Shown here: in pieces, positions 43,329 to 52,931 of the stretch | Numbering within the stretch: the first letter of the stretch is position 1 | How the letters are laid out: every line of letters starts with the position of its first letter | From: a virus | Lineage: Duplodnaviria; Caudoviricetes | IMG/VR virus record: IMGVR_UViG_2630968332_000001 | Coordinates: 65,219-129,218 of that record | DNA: 64,000 nucleotides | Reading direction: 5' to 3' (one strand) | Notes under the pieces: generated by a model | Told to the model about the DNA's origin: nothing | Seen by the model: only the letters and a program-made list of their open reading frames with translations | The model's database searches: none | Program-made: the position numbers and the translations under genes

Positions 43329-44429
43329 TTAGTCAACAAATGTGTATTCAGCGATTGAGTTGTTTTCATCTGGGAACAAATCAACCTTAATAGATAAGGA
43401 AGTTGGTTCTTTAGATGATTGGTTGAATGTGAAGTCAGATTGTGGACGTGCGTTCATGTAGTGAACTTGTGCAAAGTGGTCTTCACCAGTTTCAACTTGA
43501 CGAATTTGTGCGTCTGCGTAGATTTCAAAGCTCTTAGGGAACTTGTCAGCAGAAACAGTTAATTTGCTTGCACCTTGTACTTTTGTTTCGTAGTATGCAA
43601 CGAAGTCTGCATTGATTGGAGCTGCGTCTGATAATTGTACCAAACCGCCTTCTTTTAATTCGTATGTCAATGCTGTTTCTGTTGTAGCTGTTGCAGCCTT
43701 TTGTGCAGCTTGTTTTGCTTCTTCTGTTGCTTTAACTGTTGCACCAGCAAGTTCTGTACCTAAAGCTGTTGTTGTTACTTCAACTTCTGCAGATAGAGCT
43801 GATTGTCCTTTTTCTGGACTTGTAGCACGAACTGTGTACTTGTATTTTGTTTCTGGTGCTAAATCTGTATCGTTGTAGCTGTTTGTAGCAACGTCAGCAA
43901 CTTTAGAACCATCACGATATAGGATATAAGTAGCAGCACCATCAACTTTGTTCCATGTGATTGTAGTTGTCTTATCTTTTGCTGTAACAGCAACTTCTTG
44001 TGGCATAGCTAATGCTTGGTCGCCACTTGCTACCTTTTCAAGAACTTCAACTTTGTGTGAAATTCCGTCATTATCTAATTGGAATACAGACAATGTACCT
44101 TCTTTAGGAACAAATGATAGTTTTAATTGCTTAGAAACAGAACTTTGTAGACGTTCTTTCTTGAAGATGTCGCCTTCGCCTTCTTCAATATCACTACCCA
44201 TAACCATAGCAAGTAACTTGTTGTCGAAGATTTCACTTTCGATTGTTAATGTACCTTGACGTCCAGAGTCAAATGCTACTGCGTTGTTATTTTTCTTCTT
44301 TGCGTATACTCGGTCTGCCTTATATTCAGCGTTTGTTGCGTTTGCGTAATCTGCATAGAAGAAGATACGACCTGTTGCTTTATCAATCACTGTAAAGTTA
44401 GCAGCGTCTTTCATAGCGTATGTTGCCAT
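43329..44429 (-). CDS. Major tail tube protein with an inserted fn3 domain
   Basis: SPbeta-like tail protein N- and C-termini with an internal WNKVDGAATY...YKYTVRA fn3. Confidence 0.8.
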   Translation of the reverse strand: MATYAMKDAANFTVIDKATGRIFFYADYANATNAEYKADRVYAKKKNNNAVAFDSGRQGTLTIESEIFDNKLLAMVMGSDIEEGEGDIFKKERLQSSVSKQLKLSFVPKEGTLSVFQLDNDGISHKVEVLEKVASGDQALAMPQEVAVTAKDKTTTITWNKVDGAATYILYRDGSKVADVATNSYNDTDLAPETKYKYTVRATSPEKGQSALSAEVEVTTTALGTELAGATVKATEEAKQAAQKAATATTETALTYELKEGGLVQLSDAAPINADFVAYYETKVQGASKLTVSADKFPKSFEIYADAQIRQVETGEDHFAQVHYMNARPQSDFTFNQSSKEPTSLSIKVDLFPDENNSIAEYTFVD

Positions 44430-44451
44430 ATATCAAAAACCACCTTTGGTA

Positions 44452-45249
44452 TTAATTTTTATTATTTTTAATTAGCTTAACTTTAGATTGCCAGCTAGTT
44501 AATTTCATATTTTTAGTATCGAACTTGCTTGAGGTGTAGAATGCTAATTCTTCCATATGTGCCTCACGTTCCATATAGCCATTTAGCATATTTACGAATT
44601 GGTAGTAAGTTAAGTTTTCAATCACATCTGCTGTCATAAATGACCCAGTTGAGATTTGTAAAATCAATATTTTATCCCCGAACTCACCGCCATTATCATT
44701 CTGTTGTTTCTGTAAACGACCAGCGTAAACCTTCTTCCATATATCAAGTTTCCTATCATTGCTTGCTACATTCTTAGGAGCAATCAAATCTGGGTTCTCT
44801 TGATAAAGAGTTATAACCTTGATGTAGTCAGCGAACTTCTCATATTCTTCTACATCTATAATCCAATCTAATTTCTCACTAACTATCTTTTTACTAGCTG
44901 GTAAGAGTTGGAAATCTTCTGGGTCACATTCTACCCAATAAGCTAAGCTCTCAATTATATAATCACTAAGCAAAATCTTGTTACCAGTAAGCAATTCGCC
45001 TACTTCATTATTTGCCTCTTCATCAAATGCCAGTAGTAATAGTGATGGAAATTGTTTCTCCATTTCATCTACAATTTCTGGCATACCAGAGAATATCTTT
45101 CGTACTGAGTCTGTGAAAGGTCTAGCCTTCATCATAAACTCGCTTTCGCCATTCTCTATAATTTCCTTAATCTTTGGTACGTGTATCTTGAACTTATCCT
45201 CATACTCAACATCTCGACCTAAAATCAACTTTATATAGTTAATTCCCAT
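44452..45249 (-). CDS. Tail assembly protein (YomV position)
   Basis: HVPKIKEI and LTYYQF motifs, position. Confidence 0.6.
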   Translation of the reverse strand: MGINYIKLILGRDVEYEDKFKIHVPKIKEIIENGESEFMMKARPFTDSVRKIFSGMPEIVDEMEKQFPSLLLLAFDEEANNEVGELLTGNKILLSDYIIESLAYWVECDPEDFQLLPASKKIVSEKLDWIIDVEEYEKFADYIKVITLYQENPDLIAPKNVASNDRKLDIWKKVYAGRLQKQQNDNGGEFGDKILILQISTGSFMTADVIENLTYYQFVNMLNGYMEREAHMEELAFYTSSKFDTKNMKLTSWQSKVKLIKNNKN

Positions 45250-45254
45250 AGTTG

Positions 45255-45929
45255 TTACCTCATCAAGTCAATAACTTTCATCTGTAATACATAACCACCG
45301 AATTTATTGTTTTGGTCGAATAGTTCTGTTAAGTTACCTTCTTTAATATGTCCCATACCATAATCATCAGAGTCTTGGAACAAGTCATATACACGCATTA
45401 GTAATAGGTCACGTCTATCGCCATAATCAGTATTCATAATGGATATATCATTCAAAATATAAAACCAAATGTAACCCATTGTGAATTGTTGTGAGAATTG
45501 TCGCCATGACTCTTGTGGGATAAAACCAGATATACCCAAACTGATAAATGCCTTTTGTGTTTCTACTGTTTGTGGAATATATCTATAACTAAAGATGTTT
45601 TGATTGATTAAATCGTAACTTTCATCTTCGGTTAAGTCTGGTCTATCCAATGCGTCTGGTGTACTATATTTCAACAACTTACCGATTTGCTTATCTAAAC
45701 ACAACGTTTCCATAATCTTTTGTCGCCAATCAACTATCTTCATAATTGAGTTTTGATGTTGAAATGGATAACGTCTGTCCATTGTCATACCAGAGTCACC
45801 AAGTTGTTTTACACGTTTTTCATCTGGTACTGTGCTAGGGTCAACAATCATAGGATTGTAGTTTTCTTCTGACCTAGCACGTACATCTTTCATTCTGTCT
45901 TCTCTAGTATCAATACCTATGTTTGTCAC
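45255..45929 (-). CDS. Putative tail terminator / neck protein
   Basis: KLLKY...IFSYRYIP pattern and position. Confidence 0.55.
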   Translation of the reverse strand: MTNIGIDTREDRMKDVRARSEENYNPMIVDPSTVPDEKRVKQLGDSGMTMDRRYPFQHQNSIMKIVDWRQKIMETLCLDKQIGKLLKYSTPDALDRPDLTEDESYDLINQNIFSYRYIPQTVETQKAFISLGISGFIPQESWRQFSQQFTMGYIWFYILNDISIMNTDYGDRRDLLLMRVYDLFQDSDDYGMGHIKEGNLTELFDQNNKFGGYVLQMKVIDLMR

Positions 45930-45953
45930 TTGTCACCCTCCTATCCCTTGTTT

Positions 45954-46082
45954 TTATTGTGGGAACATTTTTAAATAATCATCTTTACTAAATTGGTTTA
46001 CATCTATCAATAACTGAATATCTTCTTTTGTGAATAGCCCTAAATCATAGAACTCTTTTACGAACTCATAACTGTATTGCAT
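45954..46082 (-). CDS. XkdX-family small protein (42 aa)
   Basis: MQYSYEFVKEFYDLGLFTKEDIQLLIDVNQFSKDDYLKMFPQ. Not in the ORF track. Confidence 0.8.
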   Translation of the reverse strand: MQYSYEFVKEFYDLGLFTKEDIQLLIDVNQFSKDDYLKMFPQ

Positions 46083-46083
46083 T

Positions 46084-46434
46084 TTACTTGTCCCCCTTAG
46101 CATTCATTGCATTTTGCATTACCAATGTTTTAACTGCACCTTGTAGCGTTTTAACATCTTTAGCTAAACCAGCAATTAATACCGTTTGCTTAGCTTGTAA
46201 CTTTTGTTCTAGGGACGGTTCTTCAACCACACCATGCTTCTTTAACCATTCACTTTCGGAAATACCAGTCCATGTTTGTGTTTCTGTATTCCATGCTGGG
46301 TCATACAATCCAACACCATTTTCATCAACAGGTTCAACTAAAGTTGCATTAGCTGGCACTTGAGTGTCATCAGCAATGGTATCTGCACCAATGTATTTAA
46401 ATGTTTCTTTATTATAAAAGAATATATATATCAT
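46084..46434 (-). CDS. Fibre assembly chaperone-like protein (XkdW/DUF2977-like)
   Basis: VPANATLVEP...LYDPAWN, C-terminal coil, precedes XkdX. Confidence 0.65.
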   Translation of the reverse strand: MIYIFFYNKETFKYIGADTIADDTQVPANATLVEPVDENGVGLYDPAWNTETQTWTGISESEWLKKHGVVEEPSLEQKLQAKQTVLIAGLAKDVKTLQGAVKTLVMQNAMNAKGDK

Positions 46435-47482
46435 TAATTACCACCCTTTCTAACTGCACCAAGTTCTTCAACGATTTCGTCGCTCCATATACCCAACTCA
46501 TAGATTGTTCGAGCAAATATAGCGCGATTTTTAGCACTGGTACCATCTTTTTTTATTTTAGTTCCATCCCAGTTATATTTATCTCCATTATTAATTGGAT
46601 TTTCGACTGTTGTGCCACCAAAAAAGCCACCGTCCCAGTTAGAATTTTTAAATTCCGAATATAAAATCAATCCTTTTAGTACATTCATAATTGTATCTGG
46701 AATTGAATATACTGGAAAATCACCTTTCATACGTTGATTTGATGGGTCTGGTCTAAATATTGCACCGTATTCCAATACAAAGAATTATATACAATACAAC
46801 CATTATCAAACAATAATGTCCACGGTTTAGTACTTGTATCTAACGTATATCCAGTAGGTGCATGTCGCTCGCTTTGTGCTTTTAATGAATTGATGAAATC
46901 TTGTTCTGAACCAGAATTGCCTAAATCTAACCAAATTTGATAAGCTGACTTTCCATCTTGCCCATTCTTTCCATCAATTCCATCACGACCATCAGTGCCA
47001 TCAGCACCACGCTCGCCAGTATCACCTTTATCGCCCTTTTCTCCCTTATCACCTTTTTCACCCTTGATTTGTTCTATACTCTCAACCTTTTTAAGAGCCT
47101 CATCAATGCGTTTGTTAAATTCTTCGATTGTGATAACAGGAATGGTTTTACCATCTACTTCGCTAACATTCTTATCAATCTTGAATGTGCCATAGTCTTC
47201 ATCTGGGTAGATACTATCTTTATCTTCGTAACTATCCCAAACTTCAACCTCGTAATCATCTGGTGTAAAGTCTTTTAGTTTATCTGTTGTTAGGATTAAC
47301 TGATTATCCTTAATTTCTAAGTCATATTCAGTTAAATATCCTGTATTGTTTTTGATTTTTAATTTGTAACTATGTTCTGGGTTTAACTGAACTTCTTTAA
47401 TACCACTAATCAAATTGATGGTTAGTTCCGTATTGCTATCTAAATGTTTAAATACTTGTGGTTTAATCTTTAAACTTTTCAC
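46434..47482 (-). CDS. BppU-like N-terminus plus collagen-repeat fibre protein, frameshifted near 46770
   Basis: YEVEVW...IYP N-domain, GEKGDKG repeats and GKSAYQIW. The ORFs 46727..47482 and 46434..46775 overlap. Confidence 0.7.
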
Positions 47483-47494
47483 TTAAACTTCCTC

Positions 47495-48616
47495 CTAGAA
47501 CATGTTTACAATAGTTATTGCTAAATTCTTAACTACACCATTAGCGTCTTTTGCCATGATATTTGATTTCTGACCTACCAATCTTCTATCTTTCTTAACC
47601 CTAATTGCTAAGGTATTTTCTGTTCTATCTTGGATAGTGAATGGTAAATCTTCAATATCAGCAGCTACCCATTCTGTTACGTTATAAGGTTGTTCCACAC
47701 CTTGTTCATCAGTGTAAACAGTCTTATATACATAACTTCTACCTAACTTAGCCCTATCTTCACCGACTATCTTCCAGTCAATTTGTAGTTGGCTAGGTTC
47801 TTTTGGTGTATCGCCCGTATTGTCATGATTTTCATCATCTTTAGGCTTATCATCTGTATCTGGATTTGTAGGTGTCGTATCTTTTCCACCCTTATCTTTA
47901 TCTTTGTAATCATCTTTTTGCCAATAATCAGCTATCCCTAGTTCATAGTTATCTATTTCTGGGTTCTTAGTATCTTCATCAAGTAAGAAGTTAATCAACC
48001 CTACACGAGAGATATTATCGGCAAATTCAATCTTATAAACATTACTACCGATAAATAATCTAGTCCCGATACCCAATTTTCTTGTTTCTTCATTATCTTG
48101 TAGATATAACATCATCTTGGCATTAACCAATGAAGTATAGTTACCAGCAAAGCTAACACCCAGTGTATACAATGTCTGGTTTTGTACGTAAGCTCCCCAG
48201 CCTTTACCGTTGTTACATACCTTGTGTCCGTCATAATCTACAATCCATTTCAATCTTTGGTTTACTTCTTTAATCTTTAACTGTTGATGAGTTGGAATTG
48301 TTTTGTGTTCTTCTGTAAATACAAGCCATTCAGACTCACCCCACTGTGGTACGTCCCATTGAAGATAACTACCAACGTTACATTCAACATCATTGTCTAA
48401 GATAAGATACTTATCATCTGACAAGTCTTTATTGTTAGCTTGTGAATGGTCTTGAAATATAGCATATTCTTTACGACCGTCAATGTAACAAGGAAATCTA
48501 TTCAATGTGTTTTCTGAATAAATCTTATATTCGTGTGCTTTACGTCTGTAATTACGCTCATAAGTATTATCACCTAGAGCTTTCATTCTTCTAAGATATG
48601 CGTCTGAATATCCCAT
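47495..48616 (-). CDS. Head closure / neck protein
   Basis: Position after the adaptor, C-terminal Ig-like domain. Confidence 0.55.
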   Translation of the reverse strand: MGYSDAYLRRMKALGDNTYERNYRRKAHEYKIYSENTLNRFPCYIDGRKEYAIFQDHSQANNKDLSDDKYLILDNDVECNVGSYLQWDVPQWGESEWLVFTEEHKTIPTHQQLKIKEVNQRLKWIVDYDGHKVCNNGKGWGAYVQNQTLYTLGVSFAGNYTSLVNAKMMLYLQDNEETRKLGIGTRLFIGSNVYKIEFADNISRVGLINFLLDEDTKNPEIDNYELGIADYWQKDDYKDKDKGGKDTTPTNPDTDDKPKDDENHDNTGDTPKEPSQLQIDWKIVGEDRAKLGRSYVYKTVYTDEQGVEQPYNVTEWVAADIEDLPFTIQDRTENTLAIRVKKDRRLVGQKSNIMAKDANGVVKNLAITIVNMF

Positions 48617-49155
48617 TAAGCCATTTCCCCTAACACTTCTGGATTTCCAAACTCAACTCGTTGCACCATGATTTGAATTTCTTTGTTTAATTTGTCTTCC
48701 ATAGATTGTAATTGCTCTAAATACTTATAACCTTGTTGTGCTGCATAATCTCTATCACCGATAGCCTTAACCATTAATTCTTCTGAGTACTTTTTATTAC
48801 GCACCCATTCTAATTTCATAGCTTTAGCCAGCATGATTTCTTCATATCTCGTAAGCTCAACATTGAATTGACCTTTTTCATAATCAACATCAAGTAGGTC
48901 TTTGGCAATATAGTTTACAAAGCCACCTAAAGCATTGCTTAGAAAGCCTTGTAACACTTCGTCTAATTCACCATCATCATTTTTAGCAATCGCAGCTATT
49001 TCATAACTGTCTATGGAATTTAGAAACAACTTAAATATTTCTTCAAAACTTGTATGTGGCTTTTCTTCCTCAACCACCGTTTCATTTTCATCAGTTGTTA
49101 CTTCTTCATTTGTAGTAGGTTGTTCCTCTACTACTTTTTCTTCTTCGTTATCCAA
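48616..49155 (-). CDS. Head-tail adaptor
   Basis: TSFEEIFKLFL...FNVELT.YEEIMLA pattern. Confidence 0.6.
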   Translation of the reverse strand: MDNEEEKVVEEQPTTNEEVTTDENETVVEEEKPHTSFEEIFKLFLNSIDSYEIAAIAKNDDGELDEVLQGFLSNALGGFVNYIAKDLLDVDYEKGQFNVELTRYEEIMLAKAMKLEWVRNKKYSEELMVKAIGDRDYAAQQGYKYLEQLQSMEDKLNKEIQIMVQRVEFGNPEVLGEMA

Positions 49156-49183
49156 ATGCTAACACTTCCTTTCCAATGGAAGA

Positions 49184-49741
49184 TTAGCCTTTAACATAGT
49201 CCAAGAATGTTTCTCGTTCATCTACTGGTCTTGTTGCTTTTAATGCTTGTAGCTTGCTATAATCGTTTAATTCACCTTCACGATATAATGCAACAGAATG
49301 TTCAATGATAGTTTTCTTGATACGACCTTCTAGTTGTACTTTATATTCTTCTAAAGTGCTGTCTTTGATAAAGTCGTCAAGTTCTTCTAGGTCAATGTCA
49401 TATTCTTCTTCCATTTCTTCATCTGAAAGTCCAAGAATAGACTTAAAATATTCTTCATAACTACGGTTCACACGTAAGCTACGTGCAATATCAATAACTG
49501 AATATTCATCAGAATTTACGTCCACAATGACTAATGAAAAGTCTTCTAAATATCTCTTTAACTGACGTAAATCTTCAAAATTTACAAATTCTTCATCACC
49601 ATATTTTTCCATGCTCAAGGTTAAAACCTTGTTAGGTGATTGGTATTCAAACATTCCATCTGTGTTATTTGCCACAGTGACTTCTACGTCTGCTGGAATT
49701 TGTTTTCTTACTCTCTTTTTTCTTTCATGATTTCTAGCCAA
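49184..49741 (-). CDS. Head-associated hypothetical protein (YonA position)
   Basis: Follows the capsid gene. Likely TTG start at MARNHERKK. Confidence 0.65.
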   Translation of the reverse strand: MARNHERKKRVRKQIPADVEVTVANNTDGMFEYQSPNKVLTLSMEKYGDEEFVNFEDLRQLKRYLEDFSLVIVDVNSDEYSVIDIARSLRVNRSYEEYFKSILGLSDEEMEEEYDIDLEELDDFIKDSTLEEYKVQLEGRIKKTIIEHSVALYREGELNDYSKLQALKATRPVDERETFLDYVKG

Positions 49742-49782
49742 CCTACTCACGCTCCAATCTCTTAGTTTGCTAAAATCTCTAA

Positions 49783-49813
49783 ACATGACAAAGGAGTCGA
49801 ACCTTTATCATGT
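49783..49813 (-). other. 12-bp hairpin with a T-loop-like TTCGACT loop after the capsid gene
   Basis: ACATGATAAAGG-TTCGACT-CCTTTGTCATGT. Confidence 0.7.
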
Positions 49814-49824
49814 AATCACTTACA
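49811..49824. promoter_or_regulatory. cre-like operator (one mismatch)
   Basis: TGTAATCACTTACA. Confidence 0.4.
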
Positions 49825-49828
49825 GTAA

Positions 49829-50821
49829 TTAAGCTAATTTAGCCATACCGTAAACACGCATTTGCAATACTCCAACACCGAGTTTTCTACGTGTTGCAAA
49901 TCCTAATTGCATAGATGTGTTAGATGTTTGGTCTGCTTCGTACACTTCTGTTGTACCTTCTGTAACAACACCAACAATCTTTTCGCCAGCTGGTAATACA
50001 ATAACTTTGTCATCACCAATAGCAAATTCATCTGAGTTTGTCTTAAATGCTTGTGGAATTTCAATTAATTTCAAGCCACGAACCATTCCTAAGTAACCTT
50101 TTTGGTTAAGTTCATTCTTCATATCGCCACTGTATAATTGAACATTGTCTAAAGCAGCGATTTTAGCTAATGCAGAAGCTGTACCATAAACAGCAACATC
50201 TTTACCGCCAGATTTAATCTTGATACGTTGTGCTAACTTAACAAGACCATCAAGTGTTAGGCTACCATTAATTTTGTCTTCTGTTGCTAGTAAGGTGTAT
50301 GATTGTTCTAAACCTTCTGCAATACGTTCTTCGATAAATGATACGAAACCGTCAGCAACACGATTTACAAGGTCTGTCCAATCAATATCTCCAGCCATGA
50401 ATTGTTCAAATTCAGCATATACAGCTGCTCCATACCATTCTGTTTCGATTGTAAATGAACGACCTGTAATTGTTTGTCTACGCATGTCGTTTGCACCACC
50501 AGCGATACGTCCTACACGAACTGCTCTAGGGTCTTTAACTGTGAACAATGGTTTGTCGCCCAAGTTAGCTGTACGGTAGTCTGCAAAACCGTCTAATTGG
50601 TTCTTCAAGCGTTCTGGGATAACAACATCTAAAGCTGTTTGTAAGATACTAAATACTTCCCATTTGTTCTTTCCCCAAGATACTGATGTAAATTCGCCAC
50701 CCAAAGCGTCTTTAACAGCGTTACGCATTGCGTCAGAAGCAGAAACGTTGTTAAATTCAAGGTTGCGATTATGATAAGCGTCTTTAGCTAATTTTGCTAA
50801 ATCTTTCATTTCGATTGCCAT
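49829..50821 (-). CDS. Major capsid protein
   Basis: 330 aa, SPbeta YonB-like (FADYRTANLGDKPLF, GDIDWTDLV), highly biased codons. Confidence 0.88.
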   Translation of the reverse strand: MAIEMKDLAKLAKDAYHNRNLEFNNVSASDAMRNAVKDALGGEFTSVSWGKNKWEVFSILQTALDVVIPERLKNQLDGFADYRTANLGDKPLFTVKDPRAVRVGRIAGGANDMRRQTITGRSFTIETEWYGAAVYAEFEQFMAGDIDWTDLVNRVADGFVSFIEERIAEGLEQSYTLLATEDKINGSLTLDGLVKLAQRIKIKSGGKDVAVYGTASALAKIAALDNVQLYSGDMKNELNQKGYLGMVRGLKLIEIPQAFKTNSDEFAIGDDKVIVLPAGEKIVGVVTEGTTEVYEADQTSNTSMQLGFATRRKLGVGVLQMRVYGMAKLA

Positions 50822-50844
50822 AATAATCTAATTCCTACCTTTCA

Positions 50845-51291
50845 TTAACCAAATGCGATAACGAATACTTCGCCATCTACACCATGATTTTCTTTGCCGA
50901 TTACTAAACCAACACCGTTACCAGATGAAGCCTTCTTGAAACCTAAACCAGCGTCACCAACGTCAACATGGTCGCCAACTGCTGCACCAGATACCAAATC
51001 TTTTGTTACAGAAATGATTGTACCTTCATCTTTGTGGTATGCACGTCCTGTATCTCCGTCTTTCAATGTAACGTTTGCTACGTCAAAGTGTGGGTCACCA
51101 TAGCTAATTACTTCTGGTGCTAAGAATACATTTGCGTCTGCATTTCCTGTTGCTTTTTCTGCCAAGCGGCGTTCTCCATCAGCGTCTAATACACCTAATT
51201 TGAAGAATTGTCCTGGCTTAACTTCTTCTTTGATTGCGATAGATTCTACGTGAGCTGTTGCAGCTACTCTATCTAAAAATACTTGTGCCAT
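50845..51291 (-). CDS. Capsid decoration / cement protein
   Basis: Small Gly/Ala-rich gene between scaffold and capsid. Confidence 0.65.
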   Translation of the reverse strand: MAQVFLDRVAATAHVESIAIKEEVKPGQFFKLGVLDADGERRLAEKATGNADANVFLAPEVISYGDPHFDVANVTLKDGDTGRAYHKDEGTIISVTKDLVSGAAVGDHVDVGDAGLGFKKASSGNGVGLVIGKENHGVDGEVFVIAFG

Positions 51292-51311
51292 ATTTAATAA
51301 CTCTGTCCTTT

Positions 51312-52910
51312 CTAATTATGAAATAAAGCGTTTGCAGCACCGTAACCAAAATCTTCACTAAAGTTATGGGCTTGTACTGCTACCTTCTTGTTGTTTTCTT
51401 TATTTGCACTAAAGTTTGCTCCAGACTTGTAAAGAGTAAGAGCAATTTCCTTTTGTACGTCTTCAAATGACATAGCAGAGAAGTTGTTTTGAATACTTTC
51501 GTATGCTTCCTTGCTCATCAATGACTTGGATTTATCCAATTCTTTTTGTTTTTTATCTTTTTCATTGTCAGCTTGATATTGTTCAAGTTCTGCCAAGCGT
51601 GCTTGCAATGCTGCTACTTCTTGACGTTGAGCTTCAACTTTTGCCACTTCTTCAAGTGTTAAGTAAGTTGGAACTACTTCTGTGTATTCACCCAATTTAA
51701 CTGAACCATCAGCATTCAATGAGTAGTTATAGTCGTAGTATTTGTCATCTTCGCCCCATGAACGAATGATTGCATGTGTATCAAATACATCAACTACAGA
51801 CGCACAATAATCTGTTGCAGCGTCCACAGCACTTTCAACAGCACCAATTTTATTTCTAAGAGATAATTCAAATTCTGACTTGCCTTTTTCTTTTTCATCA
51901 TCTTCGCTACCCTCGTCTTCTGTGTCTTCTGGGTCTTTTTCATCATCTGCAAAGTCTTTCTTTTTCTTACTCTTTGAACCACCACCACATGAAAAATCCT
52001 CGTCATCTTCATCAGTAACGTCTTCTTTTTCATCTTTGTCGTCATCTGATTTAGGTTCTTCTGTGGACATTTCTGCGTGGTCGTCTGTACCAGAGTCATG
52101 ACTATCTTTTTCTTCGCCATCATCTTTGGGTTCTAGTTCAGACTTGCCACCAACATCAGCCTTTGCTGGTTCTTTTTCAACTGGTTCTTTTTCAGCTGTT
52201 TTTTCTTCGTGCTTTTCTGTGTCTTCAACAACTTCTTTGTTGTTTTTCTTCTTGTTGCTTTCAGCCAAGACCATTTCTCCTTTCTGGGCTGCAAATTCAG
52301 CCATCATGGTTTTGATTGTTTCTTTAATTTCATTTCTTTCAAACTCTGTTGAGATTGTTGAACCTGTCATAGCTGGTGGAACATCATCACCTAAAATACA
52401 TAAGCCAGCAAACTTGCCATCTTCAAAAACTACACGTCCTTGATTGTCTATATATCCGTCAGTGTCAATGATTTCCATAGATTGACCTTTAGAACCATTT
52501 GAGTTTTCAAACAATTCCATAACTTCATCAAATCTAGTCCATAGATAACCATCTGCTACCAACCATTCCTTACCACCTGTTGTTTCAAAGTGAGCGTTGT
52601 GGTCTTCGCCAATAAAACCATAAGCATTGGTCTTAAAATTGATTTCTATGTCATGACCGTTCCATGTAATCTCTTTGCCATGCCCTCTAAAATCATCTTC
52701 GTCATTACCGTTTTTGCCGATAACACCTAAGATAGGAACATGAGCTAGAGTAGGGCTCATCTTTTCTAATACTTCTTTTGAAAAGACTGAATTATTAAGG
52801 TTCTCCCCTGTATGAGCGATATAGATTTTAACCTTTTGAAATCTGGTATCGGGCTCAACCTCACCAATTTCAAAGTGAGTGGGAAGGTTAATGTTTTTTA
52901 ATCTAATCAT
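51312..52910 (-). CDS. Prohead protease / scaffold
   Basis: HTGENLN, GQSMEI and GLCILG motifs, acidic linker, C-terminal coil. Confidence 0.8.
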   Translation of the reverse strand: MIRLKNINLPTHFEIGEVEPDTRFQKVKIYIAHTGENLNNSVFSKEVLEKMSPTLAHVPILGVIGKNGNDEDDFRGHGKEITWNGHDIEINFKTNAYGFIGEDHNAHFETTGGKEWLVADGYLWTRFDEVMELFENSNGSKGQSMEIIDTDGYIDNQGRVVFEDGKFAGLCILGDDVPPAMTGSTISTEFERNEIKETIKTMMAEFAAQKGEMVLAESNKKKNNKEVVEDTEKHEEKTAEKEPVEKEPAKADVGGKSELEPKDDGEEKDSHDSGTDDHAEMSTEEPKSDDDKDEKEDVTDEDDEDFSCGGGSKSKKKKDFADDEKDPEDTEDEGSEDDEKEKGKSEFELSLRNKIGAVESAVDAATDYCASVVDVFDTHAIIRSWGEDDKYYDYNYSLNADGSVKLGEYTEVVPTYLTLEEVAKVEAQRQEVAALQARLAELEQYQADNEKDKKQKELDKSKSLMSKEAYESIQNNFSAMSFEDVQKEIALTLYKSGANFSANKENNKKVAVQAHNFSEDFGYGAANALFHN

Positions 52911-52931
52911 TTCTAACTTTCCTTTTCTCCA

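Noticed and set aside
45954-46082. Suspected fourth frameshift in XkdX
   Set aside because: Re-reading shows an intact 42-codon frame.
49783-49813. tRNA gene or tRNA-derived attP
   Set aside because: Only a T-loop-like hairpin, with no D arm, anticodon arm or CCA.
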